Source: Raillietiella orientalis (taxonomy: Eukaryota). From it: a stretch of DNA of 64,000 nucleotides. The stretch is taken from positions 2,542,001 through 2,606,000 of the forward strand of contig JAYWIR010000022.1 in NCBI GenBank assembly GCA_036172245.1, read 5' to 3'. Position 1 is the stretch's first letter. Each line of letters opens with the position of its first letter. Position numbers and translations under genes: made by a program. This document shows positions 1-10,300 of the stretch, piece after piece. The notes under the pieces were generated by a model. That model had not been told where the DNA came from and did not search any database. It saw only the letters and a program-made list of their open reading frames with translations.

Positions 1-2791
1 AGGGATTTCAAAAGGCAAAAATCACTAATGTAAAATCTTGGAATTACGAATTCTCATGGCGCTATGAATTAAGAGTGCATGTTTCTTTGGAAATTGCCAT
101 CAGTATTATTGGTCCACCCCATAAATTGAGTTCACTTAAAATAGCAGACTTCCAGTGACCTTATGAATGTGTGACCATCGAAGATTCAGTTGGTTTGTGT
201 TCCACAAGAAGCAGAGATTCTTATTGCATAAAAATACATTCGGATTATTAATGCCTATTTAATTTCAAGTAGATCTTTAACCATTGTGGCTTGCTAATAG
301 CAACTATTCCCCCTAAATTCCCAAGTTAGTAAGCTTAATGCATTATACCTTGCAAACCAGTTTCCTTTGTTTTGCCGCATTTTTGAGTTTTTCTTCATGT
401 ACTAGAGATGGGTGCATGAAGAAGACTTCAAGAGTCTGTTTGAGTGCTAGCTATGTAACAATTCACTGTTTACCTGAGGATGCATAACTACCCAAAATTC
501 TGTTCTGTATTCATATTGGGAATACAGTAGACCAGGTTTTTTACAGAAGAGTAAATCATGTTTTATATGAGAGTTTCATAGAAACCTTGAAAAAAAAGAA
601 TTCCATAAAAGTTAAGTCGATAACAAATGTTTCAAGGACCATAACATCTGCATGTTGATGCTGCTCTAAATATGAAACAGTTAATTACTCATGGATTTGT
701 GTGTTCATTGTTTATTGTGTATTGCATCAAGGTTTTTCCTTGATGCAAGATAATGATTTGATCATTCAGTTGTTTTTCATTAAGTCTTTTTGATTTAAAC
801 TTGAACTCTTCAAGACACCACGTATTCACATGTGTAGTCACAGAAGTAAAAACGAAATTTTCCAAACCCATCATACACATGTCAAACCAGTATATTCATG
901 CAGTTTCATTTATTCATATGATAACAAGTATGAATATAACTGCAAGTTTTGAAAACTGCCCTCTGAAAGCAAGCATTCCAAATATTTCCAATTACTACTC
1001 TAAAGCATCAGAATTGTAGAATTGAAAATTGTGAGCAGAAGATGCTTTGTGCTTAAATGAATGCATCCTTGTGGTTTTCAAATAGGAGTATTGATACAAA
1101 GTAGTTCTCCATGATTTTGATTTCCAATAGTGCTTATGATATGAGTGGTTGCTTGATCATGTCCATGATGGTTCCTTGATCTTTATTATGGCTAATTGGC
1201 CTAGTCAAAATTTCAAATTTAGAACTACATAGGTGTTAAAGTTAGGTGTACGAATTCATTTTACATAAGACCTTAAGGAAATGACTAAATACCTGAGAAC
1301 AAGATAATTTCAGATTTACAAATTAAAAAGGATATAAAGATTCTTGAGGGTTCAGATTGGAGTTTTAGAGGTCTGATGTGAGAAAAGAACTGGTTTATTT
1401 ATCCAGAAAAAAGTAAACGATATTAAACAATGGAAAATTGCCATTTCATCTTTATATGGGTGTAGCTGGTGTTTGGCACATTATTTTCATGCAGCATTTG
1501 TGTAGTCAGCAGTTACTCCAGGATAGTTTTGGAGCTTTTTGGGTCTTCAACTTTGATAATGAGAGACAACATTTTACTAAACACTAATTGTTTATTGATT
1601 GATTCTCCAGTAAAATACATACAATTCACTTGAAACTTTTTTGTTCGTGGGTGCATATAAAGTCTCAAAAATGAAAAAAAGCATGCTGTTAATGCCAGCT
1701 AAAGTCGCAAATTGCATGTATGGATTCCCTTCAGCTTTGAAGTATGACAACATGTTGAGAAATTTAAACATTGGATGCGAAATATTAGATTTGATGACTA
1801 GTGCCACAATAGTTAATTTATTAAATGAAATTTCTCAGGTTGACTAAATGGGGTTGATTTTTATGCTGATTTATGAGCTGAGATTTTGAGCTGTAAAGTT
1901 GCATGATGAAATAGATTGCTATTATTTAATCATCATAAATGAATGGCTGAGTTGAAATCTTGTCAGCAAAGGAACTCAGAATAATGATATTTTAATACAA
2001 AAAACTAAGAATTATCCCTAATGACACAGGAATTTTTTTGGCATCTTATGCCTATGATATGCTTTAAGTAGATATGGCCTTTCTTACACATTATGGTACT
2101 AGTTATTGGACATTTATCATTCATGTACATCGTAGTTTCAAGAGGATGGTGAATTAAAAAGATTTTGGACTATATTAACACAGAACAATAATGTTTGCAA
2201 ACTTAGATAAATGTCAAATTTATTCACATTTCATTTGAATACAATGTTTTTCAACTTTCATTTTAATAGGTTTGCACTTGTTTTTGATGATTACATTTCT
2301 TGGGGCTATAATTGGTTCTCAACATTGAACTGCAACTGTAGCAATTTAGTGGATGTTCTTGTACATCTGTGCACCTTAAGAAAATCAGTAATGCACTGGT
2401 AAAAGCTCTCGCCCATTATGTGTGTTTGGCAGTAACATCAGTAATCTTTAGTGATTGTGTATTTTGGCTGTAAATCTGTACAGAGTTCGTTTAAAGGGGT
2501 GCAAGTACAAATTTTACATATTATATATGAGACTTGTAATAGTACTAGTTTAACCATTTTCGTTTGTAAATTACGAAATTTTGCCATAAAGAGACGAGAG
2601 GCCGATTTTTTGATAAAAAAGTGTTTTTTTCTCTTATTTAAAATCGTTGAGATCGATATATCGATATTATACATGAAAATTATGCAAGCTTGTAACAGTA
2701 ACTATATGAGATGATGGATTAGCCACCTATGTGTATTCTGTATCATAAGCTGATACCTTTTGTCTTGCCATCTCACCCTTTATGCTTGTAA

Positions 2792-2835
2792 ATTCTGATT
2801 TTCCAGGAGGCTGTAGCATTCTGGAAAATCAGAAT
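2792..2835. repeat. Inverted repeat (15-bp perfect arms)
   Basis: ATTCTGATTTTCCAG ...14 nt... CTGGAAAATCAGAAT. Confidence 0.85.
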
Positions 2836-2899
2836 CGAAAGGAAAATTTTAATAAGTTTAATTCATTATTACTTTGGAATTTTAATACTAAATATCATA

Positions 2900-2941
2900 T
2901 TTAAAAAATCCACTTTGAAGTTTCAAAGTCGATTTTTTAAA
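2900..2941. repeat. Near-perfect 42-bp palindrome
   Basis: TTTAAAAAATC-C-ACTTTGAA GT TTCAAAGT-C-GATTTTTTAAA, one mismatch in the arms. Confidence 0.85.
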
Positions 2942-3556
2942 CAGGATATCTATGATATCTTTAAAAATTTTCAATGTCTTTCAGAATTTGTTTTCTTAGA
3001 ATGTGCAGGAATAGCAAAATTTGAATACAGGATCCTCCTCCCCCCAAATCCAAATCATGAAAATGACAAATTTCTATATTCTTAGGAATAGTTCTTGTCT
3101 TATAATTTCAAAATTCATTTTATTGTACTATTTGTTTTGTTTTATTTTCAAATGTTTCAATGTATTTTTTTGAATGCATTTATGCTTTAAAAAAGTAAGT
3201 ACCTTCATTTTTAGATGATGCTTTTAGAAAAAGTTGGATTGTCTTTGATGATTTTTACAAATGTTAATTAGTTTAGAATGTATGCAAGGAATCCTTTTTT
3301 GGGTATCTTATCTTATATAAATATGCTATAGTTAAAGTTGTATTTCACTCAGATGTATCTGTTCACTTCAAATTCTGAAGAATAATTATTTGCCTTCTCT
3401 TTGTAGATATTCATGATTTGCAAGAAAAACTCGAAATTTTCATTTTTTTATATAAACTAAGTGCTTATGGTTAAAAAAAAATGCTAATGGAAATAGATTA
3501 ATACTCATTATTCAGAAATTAGAAATAAATGTTTACTTCAGCAACTCTATACAAGG

Positions 3557-3655
3557 ATGGGTGCTGAGGTAGATCCTTCTGTGATAAATCCAATAAAACT
3601 AAATGCGACTGGTCTAAAGAAAGTATTGAAAATACTTCAGACTGCAACAGAAGAG
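3557..3655 (+). CDS. ZNF800: ZNF800-like coding exon 1 (MGAEVDPSV...ATEE), phase 0 end
   Basis: ATG at 3557, 33 codons, donor GAG|GTAATT. The following 45-nt intron has an in-frame TAA. Not listed in the ORF track. Confidence 0.75.
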
Positions 3656-6244
3656 GTAATTACAATTGGCCTAGTTATACCTAATTTTTTTTAATTGTAG
3701 GTACGAGATGCACTCTACAATGAATGTGATATAATCTATGAGTGCAAAGTGTGCCGTAACTTGTTTCGTTCAATGGAGAACTTTATTTCACATAAGAGGT
3801 GCCACTGTATTAAAAAGTTTTGTGAGCTTAAGAGCTTATTTGATCGCCATCAGAGTCCTGATGGAAGTACTTCTATATATTACCTTTCAAGTGAATCAGA
3901 AGATTCTTTATCCCTCCCAGAGCCTGGTTTAAAAAAAAATTTAAATACTGTTGTTAATAAACTTCTAGACAAGGTTATAGAATATCAAGGAACTTATGTG
4001 GAAGAACGTATACCCTGCCGGTGTAACACTGAGTTAACTTTGATTTTAGAAAACATAAAAAGCAATCCTAATGCGAAATATCAATCCATTATCTATCCAG
4101 AACAAATGCATTCTCTTAGCGAGAGTACATATGCATCATTCAAAACTAAAAATAATGATTCAAGCCAAGGGAACAAGCCTGTTGCTGATGCCTCAAATAA
4201 TGTATCTTGCAAGCGACATGCAGAGTCTCCTGAAATAGAAGTTTTTCAGAGAAAGACAATCTGTCCCTATTGTAAGTTGATCTTTAATCCTCAATTATGA
4301 TTTGGTGGTTTTTTAAGGCAATACCAAGTATTCTTCTGCCAAGAGTCTTCGGTATCATATTCGATCAGTTCATGTGGCTCTTCGACTTCCATATTTGTGC
4401 CCTTTCTGCAGAACATCTTTCACTAAGTCTTCAGGTGTATACAAACATTTACGAAATGGTCAGTGTTATGGTTCAGTCTCAAACTCATATATTCCTCGGA
4501 TTCTAGTCCACAAGAAGACAGAGATGCAGATTGAAAAGTTAAAAAAGGTTGTTTTAACAGAGCATCAACAACTCCAAAAATTGGATGAAAATGGCGATGG
4601 GGTGAACGTACTGCAAGAATTGAGAAAGGTAATACTTTCAGACAGAGATATGATCGGAATGCAACTCATAAATTCATAATTAAATTTGTTTTACAGGTGG
4701 ATCCATTGCGGAATACACAATGCCTTCGTTGTCATCGTGTATTCCAGAGACGTTCTGCCTTAGCATCCCATGTACGACATTGCCAAGTGTCTCCACAAAA
4801 TGACCCCACGTGTGTTTCTGGTCACACTCCTGCATTACCTATGTCTTCCTTCCACACAAATGAAGTGATCTCTTCATGTGTGCCACAGCAAACACGTAAT
4901 AAGCGTAAAAGTGTAATTCCTGTATCGCTTCATCAACGGCATATGATGAACAGTGACTCTGATGGTGATGGAAATGCTCCAGATATCCAGAAAATTGTGG
5001 AATGTACAAATCGAGTCAAACCAGTTCTTGAAAAAGATGATAGTAGCAATAACTGCATGTCTGATGCACCACAGTGTAAAACCACCCGCATCCAGATACG
5101 GAAAAATTATAGTAAAAGTAATAATACCCTAAAAGATTTGCCAAGGGAAAGTGATGGAGAAGCTTCTCCTGATGAAGGAATCAGTAATAACAGCATGAAT
5201 TCCCGAGATAGAGCATTTGGTTCCCCCTGGGATCCAATCATGAAAATTAAGATGATGAACTTGATTTGTTTGCCCAGATTAACTTGTTTGAAGTGTCACA
5301 AGCGATTCCAAACTCTTAGTACTCTTCAAAGGCACGTTGCTTGTTTGCATATTAATTTAAATCGTTTTCGTTGCCAGCAGTGTGGATATTCATCTTATCA
5401 TCGCTACATGTGTCTCGACCATGTCCTCAAGTGTCATTATAAGCATAAACTTAGCATGAAAGCTCGTGCCCTAAAAGATGTTATTTCTCTTGTTGAAGAA
5501 GCTGAGGATGAGAAAGATGTGAAACTCAGTTTGTCCATGACAAATGAAGAATGCATTTCAAAATCACCTGAGACCAGTGATTTTCTCATGCAAGAACCAG
5601 ATGATTCAGATAGAGATTTATTCCAGAGACATAAGACCAAAATCGAACGTGGCATTTTGAATCATCATGAAAGTGATCAACTTTCACCATGTGATTATGA
5701 ACATTCTGTTAGTACTGATGCTAAGCATGTGGAATCAATTATTCAAGAAACCATGAATAGTATCAAGTCAGCCAAACGTAGAGATAGCACTAGCAGTAAT
5801 AGCAGTAGCAGCTTGAGGGATAATCACATGCCAGATTCTTGTAATGAAGATGGCAAGGATATTAGGTATGAATTAGAGGATAAAGAAGATGAAAATGGCT
5901 CACGAGAAAGTGAAGATGATTATTTAGATTATGCTAATGAGGATTTCGGAATCATTTTGTTAACAGGTGTGCAAAGTGGACAACAGTCTGTAAAAAGTCC
6001 ACTGGAAACAGAAAATGATACGTTCCGCCATTCAGCCTCACCCCCAGCAAAAAAAACACGCTTAGATTCTTTCCAGCTCAATGCTCAGGAATCAGATTGG
6101 ATTTTGGAAAGAAAACTTACTCGTTCCATGAGTTTGGACGATTTGGATCAGGATGCAGCTAGTTATAAAAGTAATCATTTAATGGGACAGAAAGTGTTTC
6201 GTTTGCATAACAGTGAGCCGACATTATTTCACCAAACAGTATAA
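3557..6244 (+). CDS. ZNF800: ZNF800-like C2H2 zinc-finger protein, spliced CDS join(3557..3655,3701..4271,4318..4458,4507..4628,4697..6244), about 826 aa
   Basis: All four introns are GT-AG and phases are consistent (total 2481 nt = 827 codons including TAA). The N-terminus DPSVINPIKLNATGLKKVLKILQTATEEVRDALYNECDIIYECKVCRNLFRSMENFISHKRCHC resembles the ZNF800-family N-terminal region (..D.I.ECK.CR.LFR...N.I.HK..C). Several further C2H2/C2HC fingers follow. The frame is open back to an acceptor (ttcag|3542), so an upstream coding exon cannot be excluded. Confidence 0.8.
3701..4271 (+). CDS. ZNF800: ZNF800-like coding exon 2 (first zinc finger to ICPY)
   Basis: Acceptor ttgtag|GTA, same frame as ORF 3749..4300, donor T|GTAAGT. 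Confidence 0.85.
4318..4458 (+). CDS. ZNF800: ZNF800-like coding exon 3 (C2H2 fingers)
   Basis: Acceptor ttttaag|GC rebuilds CPYCNTKYSSAKSLRYHIRSVH (Cx2Cx12Hx4H). Donor G|GTCAGT. Confidence 0.8.
4507..4628 (+). CDS. ZNF800: ZNF800-like coding exon 4
   Basis: Acceptor ttctag|TC completes CPFCRTSFTKSSGVYKHLRNVH (Cx2Cx12Hx4H). Donor AAG|GTAATA. Confidence 0.75.
4697..6244 (+). CDS. ZNF800: ZNF800-like last coding exon (three more zinc fingers plus acidic/Ser-rich tail)
   Basis: Acceptor ttttacag|GTG, 515-codon ORF with CLRC..H..HC, CLKC..H....H and CQQC..H....H fingers, stop TAA. Confidence 0.85.
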   Translation: MDPLRNTQCLRCHRVFQRRSALASHVRHCQVSPQNDPTCVSGHTPALPMSSFHTNEVISSCVPQQTRNKRKSVIPVSLHQRHMMNSDSDGDGNAPDIQKIVECTNRVKPVLEKDDSSNNCMSDAPQCKTTRIQIRKNYSKSNNTLKDLPRESDGEASPDEGISNNSMNSRDRAFGSPWDPIMKIKMMNLICLPRLTCLKCHKRFQTLSTLQRHVACLHINLNRFRCQQCGYSSYHRYMCLDHVLKCHYKHKLSMKARALKDVISLVEEAEDEKDVKLSLSMTNEECISKSPETSDFLMQEPDDSDRDLFQRHKTKIERGILNHHESDQLSPCDYEHSVSTDAKHVESIIQETMNSIKSAKRRDSTSSNSSSSLRDNHMPDSCNEDGKDIRYELEDKEDENGSRESEDDYLDYANEDFGIILLTGVQSGQQSVKSPLETENDTFRHSASPPAKKTRLDSFQLNAQESDWILERKLTRSMSLDDLDQDAASYKSNHLMGQKVFRLHNSEPTLFHQTV

Positions 6245-7284
6245 TTGCTGTGACAAGTTTCAAAATGTCATAAAACCCAGTAGTATACAAATGAAGCTTA
6301 ATATTTTATTTAGCAATTGAATTACATTTTCACATATAGTTGGAGTCATTTTCCAAATTTCGAAAGCCTATTGTCAATTATATCAATATTTTGGTAATTG
6401 CCATGTTATTTTTTTCCCATAAATTTCATGGTTGCTCATTTGATCCAGCTTTTGTGTCTGTAATGCATATTGCTACAACTATCATATCAATATTGACTGC
6501 TTACATGTGAGCGAACATATGCAAGTAACATTTCAAGGTTTCTAGCATCATCTCCAGCTTTTAGAAAAAAACGCCTCCAGAGGCTGGCAGCTAAATCACG
6601 GTCACTTCCCAGGAGTCCCTCATCATAATTAATTAATGCTGCTTGAAACTGTAGAGCCAATTGCTTTATTCCTTTCCTCCGTATGGAACCTTTGATATGC
6701 TACAAGGAAATACATTCTTTACAATCCTGTTTACAATCTCTAATTTATATCTGACTAGTGTACATGATAAAATAGTATCAGGCAATGTATACGGGTAAAA
6801 TGTAGATATGTTAGTTTAAGAAATTATATCAGGAATTAAAAAGTAAGTTGATAGGTATATAAGAAATTTAATTACAAAAGCAATGTAAACAAAGTTATCA
6901 GTGGCAACAGCAAAACTAATTGGCCATGGATGAATCATTATTCAAATTATATGGATGAGAATACTCCAAATCAAACTTAAAAATAAGAACTACTCAGCTT
7001 TTTTTGTTTCCATGTAAATTAAAATGCTCTAGTTCTTTATCAGTTATCAGTGCTCAAAAGTAGTCAAGATCTTTAGACTGAATTCAATAAATACTCAACA
7101 AATATGAATATGAGTAAGTTTCCTGATGATAGTTCCTAGTTTCTCTATTTTTCTTATGATTTGACTACTGTCTGAAGAAGCTTGTACAATTTATGATGAT
7201 TATCAATGGAACTGTAATGCCAAATATGCCATTTGTACCAAATGTTCAATGGTATAATCTTTAATGTTTTCAAAACGAGCATGG

Positions 7285-7290
7285 AATAAA
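7285..7290 (+). promoter_or_regulatory. Candidate polyadenylation signal for the ZNF800-like gene
   Basis: AATAAA about 1 kb after the stop codon, followed by T/GT-rich sequence. Another AATAAA lies at 7086-7091. Confidence 0.35.
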
Positions 7291-7339
7291 AGTGACAAGC
7301 TAACAATGATTTTGCAAAAATTACGAATCACTTTGTATT

Positions 7340-7345
7340 TTTATT
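7340..7345 (-). promoter_or_regulatory. Candidate distal polyadenylation signal for prickle
   Basis: TTTATT on + (AATAAA on -) at the point where the A/C-skewed + strand segment begins. A proximal minus-strand AATAAA lies at 12826-12831. Confidence 0.25.
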
Positions 7346-10300
7346 ATGGGATCAAGCCATTATGGGGCATCAGAAAAAAACTTTTGGATGTTCCTAAAGA
7401 AAACACGACTGACCTTTAAGTGCAGTAGATTATTTGCTATTTATGTAAAAATATGGCTGCATTTTAACTATAAAGGAAAATGCTATCCATGGAGCAACAG
7501 TCTTAAAATTTTCTTAATGTGGAGAAATGATGGGCAATAACTTGGATTTTGTTTTTAAAAATTTAAGAATTCTCATCATTTCTAAACATCAAAGAATCAT
7601 TAAATAACACTTTGCCAATAGAATTGCAAGGCAAAGCATCAAGATCCTATCCAAAAGTATATACATCTAAGACTAATTTTAACATCACATATAAATTTTT
7701 TTCTGTATTGTTTGTACTTTCTTATTCTAAACTTACTCAAAACATGTAATCTTTGTCCAAACAAACATATTTTCAGTGTTTGGACAGTTAAACACAAAAG
7801 CATTGCCTTATGTGCTCACATGTAATCTTTGTATAAAACCTTATTTGAAAGACTACACAATTAAGAAGTGCATTTAAAAAATATCAATCCTAAGAACCTG
7901 GAAAGCGAAAAATATACATATAAGTATACAAAGCTTCTAAGTGTAAGGTTTTTTTAATAAGGTAGATATGTAAGGAATTTGTGCTTTGGCACATTTGAAA
8001 TCTAATGTGAGCAGTCTTGGTTATAGAATGCACTGCACATAAAAAAAAAACAACTATAAAATGGGAATTCGAATATTCAATGGGTAGCCAATGTAAGAGA
8101 TTCTGTGAAATGGAAACCTTGAAACAAACAATGAAAGAAATTCATATAAGACCAAGTCTGAATCATTATTCACTTTACACCTTTTGGAGTAATTTCATAT
8201 GCCCTTTTCCTGGTTTCAGTAGATAATGCTAATATCACATGTGATTAGTTTATGACATAAAAACTGGTTATGAAATATCCACAAATAAAACTGTGAAACA
8301 AATATTCGGAGTAGACTGGGTTTAAAGCAAATGAAAGTAATTACAGAGTAATGCACAGCAGTTACAGGTACCAAATTTGCAGTAGAAGAGCCCAAATGAA
8401 AAGCACAAGTGAAAAATACAACCCTTTATAAATTAAACATGCAGACATACTGTTATCAAAAGACTGCTCTTAGGAATCATTTCATCAATAGGAATAATCA
8501 TAATGATACAATTAAAAATTAAAAATGATTGGTACTTCACTGGACCTATTAAGATTAGCTAACACTTGTTATGATAAAAATCCATTGAGTTTAAAATTCC
8601 ATATCCCAATGCATACGAGTTATGCTAAGATGCATGCACACCTTAAATGTAATTACTCCCCATACGAATGCTGAAGACCCATCAGAGAAAGATTTTATGA
8701 ATACCCATTCTTGAAAATAAAAACAAACCTCGGATTTGCAAAGTATGAAGCAAAAGTTACAAAAGCTATTAATTTGATACCAATGATTAAAAAAGAAACT
8801 TGCAAAATGTGTGGTGTTCTTCATGGAGTATTCAAATTTGGGAACTGACTATGAAGCAAAATCCTATTCCACTGGCATGAAGAAAATAAAGGAAATTGAA
8901 ATCAAAACCCGATACATATGATGCATAAATTAAAGGTACTACTATTGCAGAATCATAAGAGAAAACAGAATGCAATCATCACTGAAGAGTAAAAGTACAC
9001 TTGAAGACTGTACTCAACTGTAAAAGTACAAAAGAGTCAAACACAAAAAATGAACAAATGTTATTTGAATATGGCAAAATTACTGAATACATCGTACACT
9101 GAATTTCAAATAATTCAACACGTGCAATTCCAGTAAGGATAACCTGTGCTATGCTTATTAAACCAAAATATAACCTAGTTACTAGCTATACTGATCAAAT
9201 TCAAAAATAATTTCCCATCTCAAACAGTCATGTGCATCAGTTGACATAGTATGCAACCATATTATTATGGAAATAATATGTGAAACTAATATCATATCAA
9301 TACTGCCGAATGGAAGAAGACAAACAAACTTTTAGAAAAAATGAAACTCACATACACTCACAAGTTCATTATTTTTATGCTTATTATCTACGACAGTGAG
9401 GAAAATTAAAAAAAATAACACACATGTTCATAACTCTAAACTAAGAATGTACAAAAATTGAGTACAGTGTCACCTGTGGCAAACCCAGACACCTAGCTTT
9501 GGTTCTTAATGGGACTAAAGCAATAAAGTTCTTATTTACGTAAGAACTTTATAAACTTGACCCATTATAAACTTTATTTTAAAATCCGAATTTCTGCTGC
9601 TTTGAGAAGGAGCACTATATCAAGTGATACATATTGGTGATCCTTATTATTTAATAATACATTTTAATGAAAGACTGTTACCCCCAGTTTTTTGCTCCTT
9701 TCTTCAACGTCTTTCCAAAGAGCACTAACAAGGTGGTATTTTACTTCTTTACTTTCTCGTCCTCCATTCTCTAAGCGAACCATGAGCATCCATAAATGTA
9801 GTTCGGTTATAAGAAACCATGAAAAAAATGTATCAGGAAGTTTAAAAGCTACAGAAGAACATCATTGTTCATTAATTTGCTTACACAGAATGCTAGTTTA
9901 AAATCATGCCAAACCTTGAAAATATTCCTCATAGTTTAATTTATCAAAAGTGTCTTCATATAGTTGAAATGCAATTGCAGGTGATTTCTGAAATGCATGT
10001 CCATGACACTATGACTTGAAAACCAAAAATTGTTTAAAGGTCATGCAAGTATTCATGCTAGATAATATTTGCTGTATTTCTTACATGCCTGTTAATCCAA
10101 ATGGAGGGCCGAAGCTTTTCAGCATACAATAGTTTTAACTTTTCTCTTAAAAGGGTGAAAAACGTTCTATGACTTAAGGCATGATGACACTGTGCAAAAT
10201 ATCTGTCTTTCTTGATGAAGAGGGAAATTGTAGAGATGCTATAACTCTGATACCGGCAAACTGCTGGAGCAAAAGTGGGTAGCTTGTTCACATTATAGGA

